A stretch of DNA of 64,000 nt, from contig NC_059430.1 in assembly GCF_021028975.2 (NCBI RefSeq), positions 44,020,001 through 44,084,000 on the forward strand. Reading direction: 5' to 3'. Origin of the DNA: Sphaerodactylus townsendi (taxonomy: Eukaryota). The number at the start of each line of letters is the position of its first letter. Positions within the stretch are counted from its first letter, which is position 1. Shown one piece after another: positions 24,115 through 35,863 of this stretch. The translations under genes were made by a program, and so were the position numbers. The notes under the pieces were generated by a model that did no database searches, was not told where the DNA came from, and saw nothing but the letters and a program-made list of their open reading frames with translations.

Positions 24115-24627
24115 CTGTTGAGAAACAACATGTCACAGTATGAGAATAGCCAAATAGTTTAACCCTAGTGAAAAATTCTAGTAACCAACTAGTTCTGAAG
24201 TTAAAATTTGTATTTTATGTAGCTAGTAGGCTGGTATTATGTACAGCTGCTGATGCACAACTTACGGCAGAACGGAAGAGCAGCTTCCTGATCCCCAGGT
24301 ACCACTAGCTGAGCTTACCAGCAGAAGCAGACATTGCAAAAAGAGCGAAGGCGGCTCCAGACCTGCAGGGTCATTTCTAGGCTTTTCTTGTTTCAGGTAA
24401 TATGTTAAAACAAGTGGGGACCTGTGGCCAAACTTGCAAAGCATTTCAGTTCGCTGAAGGATGGCTTCAAAGATGCCTCTGCGTTTATCTGCACTGAAGG
24501 AGAGGATATTCTTTGTTGATTAAGAAATCTTTACAGTAACAGGAAGGTGAGAGCAGTGATCTAATTTTTTCTGTATTTTCTCTGCTGCTGTTGTGCTTCC
24601 AGCTGAAGCACGTTCAAAGCTTGCTTG

Positions 24628-25163
24628 TGTAACCTCAGCTTGTGGGTTCTGTGGGGCAGTACTTGGAATGAGTTGCAACAACAATTTTTAAACAACAAAA
24701 TGGTTTACTTTTCTTTACAATTAACACTTTTAAAACATCCACATTTAACATTACAATTCAAGGTCCTGTTCAGGTTGCATTTCAAGTCCTTCTAGTTACA
24801 GTCTACTGATATTGCCAAGTCCAAATTCTTCTTTGCAAGTTGGCTGGCTCCTGAAGACTCCAAGGGCTTGATGAACAGGTTGCAACATGATGAAGGTTTC
24901 CAGGAGAACTCTCACCCATTACAACCACAAAAGAAAACCCTGAAACAATAAACTCCAACATTTACAACATAGCAAAAACAACAACTACCTTCCCAGTAGT
25001 TCCCAACAATATTGCAATTACCTTAACTAGGTGTTAAGGGCTTATAGAAATCAAGGTCCGAGTCTGGTACCTTTGTCTTCTGCAAAGAGCTCTTTCAGCC
25101 TTTCTGCTGCTCTGAGTCTCCACCCCCTTACTGGGTCAACCCATTCTGGGTATGGGGGTTACA
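24628..25163 (-). mobile_element. Solo LTR (ERV1/Gypsy type), 536 bp
   Basis: TGTAACC...GGTTACA termini and a perfect 4-bp TSD CTTG. Orientation is inferred from minus-strand TATA-like and AGTAAA motifs. Confidence 0.8.
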
Positions 25164-25750
25164 CTTGCACACTGGCTGCCTTCCTGTGCTTTTGCTCCAC
25201 TGTGGATAAGCTGACAAGCTGGATTTTCCCCTGCATATTGGATCCAGTGACGGATTGCTGGATTTTAGTTCCATCAGTGCTTTTATCAATCCAGAGGCTG
25301 CAGCCCACCTTTTTTTAATTTCTTTTGCTCATGTGCTAAATCATCACACAGTGGGATAACATGAAGTGGTGTTTCCAGGACAACGGAGAGTTATGTCTTC
25401 TGTAGACAGTAGGCTTCATTTTTAAGTAGCCCAATCCCCCCTCAAAAAAACAAACCTGTGCAATCTTTCTGAGACCGCCTATAAAATCAAGAGGAAGGAA
25501 GAGGGTCTGGCTGCATACTTCTCTCTCTTTTACTCACACATGCAACCTTCCTGCTGCCTCACCTTCCCAGCTATGGGAAAGCCCCTCTCCAGCCCCTTGG
25601 GTTGAAATTCAATGTTCAGGCTCTTCTCTGGTTTTCCACCCCTGTTCCTGTTTGTGTGTGAGTGAAAGAAACAGACAAAAAAAATTAGTTGAGGGGGGAT
25701 GATATAGTCAAGAAGCCAAACTGGAGCAAAAGCTCCATATAGAAAGTATC

Positions 25751-25891
25751 TGCTCCTTCCGCACATGCAGAATAATGCACTTTCAAACTGCTTTCAACGC
25801 TCTTTGAAGCTGTGCAGAATAGCAAAATCCACTTGCAAACAGTTGTGAAAGTGGTTTGAAAACACATTATTCTGCATGTGCGGAAGGGGCC
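25751..25891. mobile_element. PIF/Harbinger MITE, same family as 16592
   Basis: ttccgcacatgcagaataatgcactttcaa ... attattctgcatgtgcggaaggggcc. Confidence 0.85.
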
Positions 25892-27889
25892 TAGGAGAGA
25901 GACAGAGAGCACATGTTGCCCTCTTGGAGGCTGGAGAGACACAACAAGAGGAGGACCAGGGAGGGGGAAGAACATCCCTCAGAAGAGTAATCTAGGTAAT
26001 AAAAAGCTAGCAGCAGAACAGACAAGAGGAAAGCCGATAGAAGGGTCTGACCTGTCCACCCTGCTAGCTCTACTGTCCCCACTACAGTACTGGTGTGCTT
26101 GCTGCAAAGAGGCGCCGCAGGGGATTCAGTAAGTATTGGGTATGGAATAGGGAGGCCTCTCATCCAAGAAGCTCATTGGGTGAGCTTAGGCTAGTCATCT
26201 TCACTTAGGCTAGTCATCCTCCAGGGACAGAAACCTGAGTTGCTGGAGGAAAAGAGATATATAAATGTGACAGAGATGTTAGTCAGGAGGAGGAGCTATT
26301 TCTCTGCAATCCTTATTGCCGTGGGAGCCTCATTTTCCTATCTGCACAGCACAAGTTCCCCATAACATCCCAGTGGCAGCTGACTAGGCTTTCCCTCCAG
26401 AACTGGGTTGTCATTCATTCAAGTCCACAAAACAACGTCTTCTTCATCATAGCACAATAGAAACTAATATTTCCAAATGTATACAATTTGAGCAACCGCC
26501 CCCCCCCTCCCCAGTTTCACTGGTCAAGTGAGAAATGTTGAAGAGAAATTCAAATTCACATTTTGGATAAGATTTTATTGATGAACATTTTATTGGCTAT
26601 CAGATGCATGGCTTTGGAAGGCTCCTAATGCCAGCTCTTAGAAGCTGTCAACTTGTGTGTGGCCTGTCAAGCACTGTTAAGATGCAAGTACCATTAAACA
26701 TCAGCTCACAAGTAGGATTTGACCATAAATGCCATTGCTATGACAGCTATGAAGTCTGTGAAATATGATAATCTTTTTGGGGTGGACTCAATAGCAGATG
26801 TTGAACTTGTCAAGTCCCTCAATGCCACGTTTATTTTAAGGCAGAAGGGTCTGGCTTTGCATGACCTTCACTTACCTGTGCCTCTGTACCCACCTGACAC
26901 ATCGCCATTCCTCACCTCTGTTTTGAAATCCAGATTGTCCGCTGTTTCATTATTTCCACTTATCTGAGTGCCTGAGTTTGCTGCTTTTGTTCAATATTTC
27001 CCTTTTCTCTTTTTGTGCTGTGTGTATCATATACTAGGTACTATTTTCAATTGTAAACCACCTTGAATGCAGTGGCAGGAATGCGGTATATTAATGTCTC
27101 TCAGTGAATAAGTATGAACAAAGATGCTCTGTATGGCATCTAGGAGTCCACTGGAGACATTCCCCTGTCCAAGCCTATGGAAATGAGTCTTATACCAGCC
27201 TGTCTACTGCTTGGGAAGAATATCTTTCCTAACCTTTTACTAGACCAGCAGGCAAGAGACTTCCCAGGGAGTCTGGCTAACAGAGGGCTTATTCACTGGG
27301 GGACTAAATGGCAAACTGAGTTCATGCCAAGTCTCTCATAACATGTAAACACGTTTAAAAATCATTTTAAGCAGTGCCAGAAATCACAGGCCTCCTTGTA
27401 GAATTCCTCCATTTTGGTTGGATCTCGGAGAAAATTCCAGAATGAACCTCAATGGCAATATTATTTGTCAGAATTTACCCCCACATATGAGGTCAGGGGA
27501 ATTCCAGAGAATCAAAGAATCCAGAGAATTATTTCCTAATGGAGTTCCTGCAAAGATGTGGGGGGAGGGGGGAGCAAAAGTCCTAAACCATGTTCCCTCT
27601 GAAGAAAATAGGTGCGGTCTCTCTGTAAATTCAGCATGAGAGCCTACCAGATATAATTTTTAGAGTTTTGGACTAGGATCTGGGAGTCCCAGGTTCAGTT
27701 TCTCAATCTACCATGGAAGTCAGTCACACACCCTCAGCCTAACCTACCTTACAGGATTGTTGTGAGGATAAAATGGAGAATGTCTTATCGATCTGTTCAA
27801 CATCAGCTGTTCCTTGCTGACAAAGAGTCATATGATGATATAACTGGACTTTTATAGTTTCCAATCTGTTAACAACACCCACCTGTTCA

Positions 27890-28133
27890 ATGTATTGTCG
27901 AAGGCTTTCACGGCCGGAATCACTTGGGTGCTGTGTGGTTTCCGGGCTGTATGGCCGTGTTCTAGCAGCATTCTCTCCTGACGTTTCGCCTGCGTCTGTG
28001 GCTGGCATCTTCATAGGATCTGTGGCTGGCATCTTCAGATCCTCTGAAGATGCCAGCCACAGATGCAGGCGAAACGTCAGGAGAGAATGCTGCTAGAACA
28101 CGGCCATACAGCCCGGAAACCACATAGCACCCA
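27890..28133. mobile_element. Penelope-like element: inverted pseudo-LTR pair
   Basis: gggtgctgtgtggtttccgggctgtatggccgtgttctagcagc... followed by its reverse complement, with a 13-bp TSD ACCCACCTGTTCA. Tiny fragments also occur at about 28622, 36790 and 40467. Confidence 0.85.
28040..28082 (+). ncRNA. Minimal type I hammerhead ribozyme motif in the Penelope pLTR
   Basis: TCCT-CTGAAGA-(stem II)-GAAAC-GTC-AGGA: CUGANGA and GAAA cores, GUC cleavage triplet, stem I TCCT/AGGA. Confidence 0.75.
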
Positions 28134-29279
28134 ACCCACCTGTTCATTTGGTGATAATATTTTATTGTCTTCTGTAAGATTCTTCTCAAAGGTGGAAAAA
28201 GTGATGGTTGAAGAATCTAACACTGTCCTGCTGTTACATAATTCACATTGGAAATCTGAGGCACCAACTGAGACACAACCCATGAGAGATTTCATTTCCT
28301 TCACTTCCCTCAGCTCTTCTGCCCACGATTTACCAATTTCCACTGAGTGAGGTTCATTAGATAGGACTCTTGTAGATCTTAAATCAAGGTCTAGATCAAA
28401 AGTAGATACAGATGCTTTCTGTCTCCTATATGTTTCTTTACTGGGAAAAGAACTTATGAGGTTTAAAATTGAACCTGAGGCTGGTAAGCTCTCCTGTACA
28501 AATTTGACTTCTTTGGGGTTTGACGTCTGTTCAGGAGTTTTGTGACCCCTTACTAATAAGGGGGATCTTGACTTATTCAGAGCCGGATCTTTGTCCATTG
28601 TTAGACTTTGTCCATTATTAGACAGCCCGGAAAACCCACCACATTATTAGACTGTTACCATTGCATGGAGACTCATTGTGATGTACTGAGGAAAAATTTG
28701 CATTTGCTGCTATGTGATCCCTAGAGGTACATTGTGATATGTCCACAATTTCTTTCAAAACATTTTCCAAGGTCTTCCATTCATTAACTAACTCCATTCC
28801 TTTAGAGCTTAAAATGTCCTGAGACTTATAAGGGTGTGATGTTAGCTCCTGTCTCGTCATTTCTTTAAACGTCACTTGAACAACACTTGTCTTTGTTGAT
28901 TTTGTATCATCATAAGCTGCAGGATGTCTAGTTCCCAAATTCATGGGAGTATTGCCCTTAAATACTGTAGAAAATATATCAAATTGTTTAAAATAAAACT
29001 CCTGGTTTCCATCAATCGGGCTGGAGATCTTGGAGTTTTAAATTTCAGCACAATTCTTTTGCAGCGGCTGACATCTGGAAGCTGTTCGTAAGCCATGAAC
29101 TGGGTTTCTGTTGGTAGGCAGTTTAGCAGCTTTCCCACTGTGTGTGAAGGGGATTGGGGTGCTTGTCATTGGCAGGCCAGGGTTTTTTTGTTGGGGTGTG
29201 TGTGCTGGGGTTCAGGCTGGGAGGGGGAATGCACACAGCAGATAGGGGAGGCTTTTTATCAGTGGGCCAGGGGGGTTGT

Positions 29280-29633
29280 TTGTGACAGCAGTCCCCGATG
29301 ACAGCAGGGTCATTGAAAAAGAACACGAGAAGGTCACTAGATACCGCGATTTGAAAATCGAGCTTCAGCGTCTATGGCACAAACCAGCTGAGGTCGTCCC
29401 AGTGGTAATCGGCACGCTGGGCGCCATCCCAAAAACACTAGGGCAGCACTTGAAATATCTTGGATTTAAAAAAAAATTAACATCTGTCAAATTCAGAAGG
29501 CAGCCCTGCTGGGATCCACACGAATACTACGCCGATACATTATAACCTCTGGGTGAGGCTCGAATTGTAATGAAGGCCAACAACCAGCTAAGGATCTGGC
29601 AGCTGTGAAATCTACAATAATAATAATAATAAT
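29280..29633 (+). mobile_element. R4/Dong-clade non-LTR retrotransposon 3' end (restriction-like endonuclease) with (TAA)n tail
   Basis: AVPDDSRVIEKEHEKVTRYRDLKIELQRLWHK..VVPVVIGTLGAIPK and, after a frameshift, QKAALLGS. Ends in aataataataataat. Confidence 0.82.
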
Positions 29634-29634
29634 A

Positions 29635-30278
29635 CACCTCGGCCTACAAAAGCTCAATACTTGAGACATAAACAAATGATTTACAATTGTTTCAACTGAG
29701 TTGTAATTGTGATAGTCCCAATCTTCACTTCTTCCGTACATATACTTCTTGTTACTTTACCTGTTGGATTTAAATATCCCTGGGTGTATCATTAGAAGGA
29801 GCGAAGATTAGGACTTCTCATCAATAAACCTAGACCCCATTCTCCATATACAAAAAAACACAAGTGATATACAAACATAAGGAAAAGTAAACTTACAAAG
29901 ACCTAAAACTGTTCTCTTATGTCAACAGGTTCTATTCAGAGAGCAAAGTGAAATTAACACAGCAGCAGTTAAGTACTTTCAAGTTAATTGAACACAGCTG
30001 TATTCACAGGAATGGTGAAAAGTCAATATTGGAATTCAGTCCTCCTGGAGTAATATATAAAATAACCAGAAATAAAACCAAATCCGGAGGTTTTATAGCC
30101 TCTAAGCCTCTAAAAGCCTCTACATATACTTCTTGTTACTTTGCCTGTTGGATCTAAATATCCCTGGATGTATCATTAGAAGAAGTGAAAATTGGGACTA
30201 ACACAATTACAGATCAGTTGAAACAATTGTAAATCATTTGTTTATGACTCAAGTATTGAGCTTTTGTATGCCAAGGTG
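29635..30278. mobile_element. Tc1/mariner-type non-autonomous element with about 100-bp TIRs
   Basis: TA-CACCTCGGCCTACAAAAGCTCAATACTTGAG... and ...CTCAAGTATTGAGCTTTTGTATGCCAAGGTG-TA, plus an internal direct repeat of about 60 bp at 29737 and 30121. Confidence 0.8.
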
Positions 30279-33200
30279 TAGTAATTGTTAGAGTGTCCTT
30301 TATACACCTACCCTGTTAAAATGGTAAATTCCAAGTTAGGCAGCATATGGTTTGAATTTTATTCATGAGCAACCTAGAATGGGCTTAGACAAGCCATTTC
30401 TCTCTCAACTCCCATCTGCAAAATGGGGATAATACTGCTGATCTTTCTGACATGGTGACTGTGTGGATGGCAACAAGATAATATATGTAGAGCTCTTCAA
30501 ACATTCACAAGCACTATGTTATCCAAATGCTAAATATTATTATTATCCCAGTCACATTCCTTACCTCCATCACAACAGCAGGGGGCTGTCAAGACCAGAG
30601 TAAGCAAAAGCAGTATCAGAAGATTTGCCATCTTCTTCCTGATGGTAGACAATTCTTTTTATAGTTGAATCTTCTCTTGAAAGATCCAGCATCTGCTCAG
30701 GAGCTTTGCTTTTCGGCAACAACTTATATGCAGTGACTAGAGCAGAACCTCTGCCAGGAAGTCTCTGAAACAGTGCCATTCGAGGGTCACAGTATTCAGT
30801 TCAAAACTTTCCATTTGGGTCAAAAGACATAGAATTCTGCTGGCAGCCATTTGCACGTCTGCTTCAGGCCAGTGGCTTGTAGAATTCCAAATAACTTTGC
30901 AGATTCACATTTCAGGGAAAATAAAAGACATAAAACAATATAATCACAAACATCCATCTCAGCATTTTAAAAAAATCCTCTACCAGCTGTGTTATGAACA
31001 GATACTAGAAGATGACCCACATTAGCTCATGATTAAATATTTTGTCACCCTGGGACCCATCAAATGCAATCCTAAGTATCTTTCTAAAATCCGTAAACCC
31101 AATAGGCTTGGAATGGTGGTCCCTACTCCATTGTCTAATGTAATTTAAGAAAGCTTTTTTTGAACTTAGTCACAAGGAATAAATTTTAAGGATTAAACCA
31201 CCAGTTGCTGATCAGTGTTGATTATAAGATCCAAAGCTGTTTTTGTTCTCAATCTACTATATTTCCTAAACAACATGTTTGGCAAATGTCTGATCTGGAA
31301 AAACTGAAATAACATTGGCCCATCCCCTAATTTTAAAACCACTTCTTCATAGCTCAACCTCTGATGATCTTTACAATTTCTTTATCATGTTTGGTGAATT
31401 TCCAGAGCTGCTTGGCATATTTCAAAATAGTGAGATTGTTTTGTTACATATGCCCCAGTTCCCCGAGTGAGGTAAAATTCCAGGGGCTGGTGTTTCTTCA
31501 GGTTGGCTGTCTTTGGAGGAAAGTGAAGAGCACAGAAATATATGGCAGTTTTGTAGCATTGATGTTATTTACAGAACACAGTTGGAGCCACAGAGAGGCT
31601 TTTGCAGGACAGTAGATCTGCTGCACCACATCAGATCTGAAGAGAGAAAGAGAGCTCCTGAATTTCCCAGGTGCTTCAGCCATGTCAAAGCAGACTTCAT
31701 CTGTTTCTTTCTCTGCCGCTTGCAGCACCTTTTCACACACTTGCTCATGCCCTTCAGCCATGTGGGAGGGGAGCCTCCCACAAATCCTGGGGGCTGCTTG
31801 ACCGTAGCCATAGTCTCATTGAAGGGGGTTTCTACAGCTGTTAAGAAACTTAACCATACTTTTCATCATGTAGTATACCCTGAGCCACAGTGATAAGAAT
31901 ACAGTGTGCTACAGTTTATTGGAGAAGGTATTCCACGTCCAGGCAGAAGCTAGAATGCTTGCAGAAGGCTCACTGAAGAGAATAATCACAGGAGCCCACT
32001 GCTGTAGAAGGTCACACTTTGTTCTAGGAGCAGCTGTTGAAATCCTACATGTCAATAAATTCTGCTTCAGTTGTGACACACCTGATGAAACAGTTGAGAA
32101 GCTTCAAAGGTTCTGTGGTTTGTTTTCAGCCTTTAGAAAGGAGGGTTAACTTAAGGACAAAGAAACTGGATAAATGCTTATGCAGAATTAGCAAGGAATT
32201 CTCTGTCCTAAAAGCCAAAGGCAACATTCACCATTATACCAAACACGATAACAATCTTCATCGTTGTCAGGCATGGCAGATCTTCTGTTCATGGATGTGT
32301 ATAAACCAAAATATGGATTTTTCTTCACAGATCAAACGAACAGATGGAAGTATTTTGCCACAATGCAGGTCTGTAATCTGCCAGAAAATACTGCCAGAAA
32401 ATACAGTGGACACATTTTATTTGTGCAATTGGGATGTGAACTACAAAAAGAGGACTGATGTTATACAATCCACAAGGCCATGGCTGCAATTAAAAAAACC
32501 ACATTCTATCAAAGAGGCTTGATGGGATGAAAGGCCCCCATCTCTTGCTCACATTGATGAGACTTTGTTGTGTCACAAAGGTAATGAACATCTCCACGTG
32601 TATTTTTTTAAAGGACGAAACTTTTCACATCTTGGATTCCTTTTTCTATCCATTTCCTTCTTTGTAAGGATTTGAAGTGGTAATAACTCCACACTTCCCC
32701 AAACCCTCAGAGATTCCAAGGGCAGAACTGTCAGGCTCACTTTTTAAGTTAACTCCAGCAAGAAACTCTCAACTCTCTGTTTTCCAAACTGCAAAACAAC
32801 TATTCTCATACATTTTTATATACACATCTATCCCCACCCATCAACCAGAAGGCTGTCACCTTCGTCATGCTTTGACATGCAACTCAGGATTAACCTGAGT
32901 TGTGAGCTGCCTCGAAACCCTTTGGGGGTGAGGCGGCTTATAAATCAAACAAACAAACAAACAAATAAATAAATAAACCTATATGTTCGGTTTCCATAAA
33001 GACTTGAGGCAGGACACCAGCTGCAAGTTCCCCATGGGAACACTATATGGAAGCTCCACAGGGGACCGATTATGGTTGGGACCACAGTGCAGAAAGAGGA
33101 GGGGCTCCTGCCAGAATCAGGTCCCTGCAGCACTTCAAAAGAGTTTCCTTGGAGAAATTATAGCTGGTGAACTGGTGCAAGTTCCCATGGCAACCATACT

Positions 33201-35723
33201 GAGTTTCCAAATATGAATTGGGAAATTTCAGGAGATTTGAGGGTGGACCTTTGGAAGGGCAGGATTTGTGGAGGGACCTTAGCTGGATGCATAATGCCAT
33301 GGAGCTAGGGCAGTGCATCAGGAAAAAGCTGATCCAAAAATAAACATGAAAAAACACAGGAGAAATTGGGGGGGGGGGGGCAGTTTAAGTGACCTGAAAA
33401 AACAATACTGAAAAATGACAATTTTTTCCAACATTCCCAGGTTGCTCCAGTCCTACTATCAATTTTTTTTAATGGAGGGTGCAGATCTGAAAGCCAGGGT
33501 TGGCTCAGCTGATTGCTGCATTCAGCTCTTTCCCTGCCACCTCTAAAGCCCAGGCTGAGTTTGGAGGCAGCAGGGGAAGCATCAGTGCTGAATGCTAGGA
33601 CTGGCTCAGATAAGCCCAGCATTCAGCTCTGTGGCTCAGAATTTTTCAGGTTCAACTATAAAAGACGGGGAATTTTAAAAAAAAGCCAGGAGTTTAGGTT
33701 TTTTTGCTTTTTCAAAAATGTCCAAGCTTTTAAAGCCAAACCCAAAAAATACTGGGGGGGGGGATGGTGCTCATTCTCTGAAGCAGCCATTTTCTCCAGA
33801 GGCTTGGATCTGTGTAATCTAGAGAGTTGTTATAATTTTCAGAGGCTGGCGATCCTACAATCCTATAGAGACAGAATATATAGTTTTGCCCTCAATTTGA
33901 CAAAATGCAAAATTTCTGCTCTTCCAAGAAACTCTTTTTCATTTGTGCTCCTGCTCCCTGCAACCTTGACCTTCCTGCTTTCCTGACTCTGGACCAGCTG
34001 TGATCTCAGACTGCTTGACAGCTTTCTTTCTTGACAACCCTCCAGTTTGGACTCTCTCTGTCTCCCTGTTTCCTGGACTTACCTGGACTGCTTTGACTAC
34101 TCTCTTGCAAATCACTCAGCTTGGGCACAGTCTCTCTCTGTCTACTTCCTTGGTTTGACCTGACTATGTAACCATATCTTGCACCTGACCCTGCTCCTTA
34201 GACCAAGCGTCAGACGTGTGGCCCACAACAGTGCTACATCCCACCACAAACTGTAGCTCCTGCCAGCAGGCAGATTATACAACGAATTCACATTCTCTCA
34301 ATGGTGTAATCTAACCACAAGGATGGATAATTTTTGTTGTTTTTGCATAATTTGGATTTCCTTTGTTGCTGTTTTCATTTTATTCTGTACAGAACATACT
34401 GAACTCTTGGTTCACTTAATTACATTGTTCTATAATGTCTTTAAAATATGTCCCCTATTGAAACTTAAATGGTTTTTTGACATAGGAGTGGTGAGACAGC
34501 TGTACCAAACAACCTGGCAAATGTTGTGATCCTTTCCTACCAAATGGGCTTTAACTTCTTCATCCCATTTATGCATTACCATTTTCATGATGATGAATGT
34601 TTAACATCTGCTGAAGTTGGACAAACATAATGTTTGCTGCTTTGCTTTGTGTATATAATTTCTACCCCCCCCCCCTTAATAAAGTTAGTAAAGAGTTTGG
34701 AAATAATAGTCTTCTCTGCTGAACATCAAATGCCAGATGTTTGAATTCTCAGGACAGACTATTTTTGATGTATTAAGGTCACTATGTCCATGTCTTTGTT
34801 TAGAGGCTTTTAAAAAAAAAGAAAAACCAGTCACATCTGATGTCTAGGACAAAGATATACAAATGGCAGTGTCATGCCCCCAGAGAAGCTCTTATTATTT
34901 TCTTTATTAAGTCTCAGTTTTCCCTATAGTTACAATGGGTTTACTTTCTTTGTATAGTGTTCTAAGGGAGGGAACTTTAGTTAGATGCTGTCCCTTTCAG
35001 AAATCCCCCTAGAGACAGTCTTCCTTTCATTATCCAGTAATCCCCGTTTACTTAATTTAGTCTGAAGTGCCAGTGGAGTTCGAAGGTTGCAATATCTCTT
35101 ACATCTATGGTGTATAGTCTAAGGAGTATAAAAGTTAAGGTATTAACAGAAAGTAGAATCCAGATAAAGGACACTGAAGGAACCAAGAGAAAGCACAGAC
35201 AAAGTGGACTTTCTTGGAAGAAGTCAAGAAAGAATCAAAGTCTCAAGCTTCAAGTTGTTCCAGTCAAGCAAGTACTTTATTTTAGTCAGATCCTGAAAGG
35301 AGTTAGGGTCTCAATTCTTCTAAGGCTAAGCAATAAACCTCTCTCTCTTTTTTTTTAACTCTTACACCTCGGCTTGTGAGTCTCCCACTCTGTTCTGGCC
35401 AAGTACCGGGCACCTAAGACTGTTTTACTTGGGGAACAGAACGGGCAGCTTGTTGGTTGAAGCAGTTTTATCTAGACTTTGACATCCCTACGAAACTTTT
35501 CTCAGGGTGCTGTAAGATGCTCTGGAGGAAATATCCACAAAAAAAGGAAATGGCAGCTTCGGAAGGCAGACTGTATGACATCACACCCGCCCTGAGCTCC
35601 CTTTCCTCCACGAACACCAACCTTTCCAGTTACTGCGCTCAAATCTCCAGGAGTTACCCAAACTACAGTTGGCAAACCTAACTGGAGCCTGACATCTTAT
35701 GAGATTAATTAGTTCACATGCAT

Positions 35724-35863
35724 GGCCCTTCTGCACACGCAAAATAATGCGTTTTCAAACCACTTTCACAACTGTTTTCAAGTGGATTTTGCTATTCCGC
35801 ACAGCTTCAAAGAGCACTGAAAGCAGTTTGAAAGTGCATTATTCTGCATGTGCGGAATGAGCC
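35724..35863. mobile_element. PIF/Harbinger MITE
   Basis: Same family as 16592, with 3-bp TSD CAT. Confidence 0.85.

Larger units (their letters stand above)
26706..32130 (-). pseudogene. Unidentified multi-exon pseudogene (Cys-containing N-terminal region, long Ser/Thr-rich exon, hydrophobic C-terminal tail)
   Basis: Exon-like blocks at 32130-31359, about 30900-30565 and 29107 to about 26706. The 30565|29107 junction has a GTAAGG donor, a CAG acceptor and matching phase 2. Long reading frames are broken by isolated stops, frameshifts and transposon insertions, and two AATAAA signals lie at about 26574-26594. Confidence 0.6.

Noticed and set aside
34958-35438. Possible solo LTR (TGTTC...GAACA)
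   Set aside because: No matching target-site duplication, so the boundaries are unsupported.
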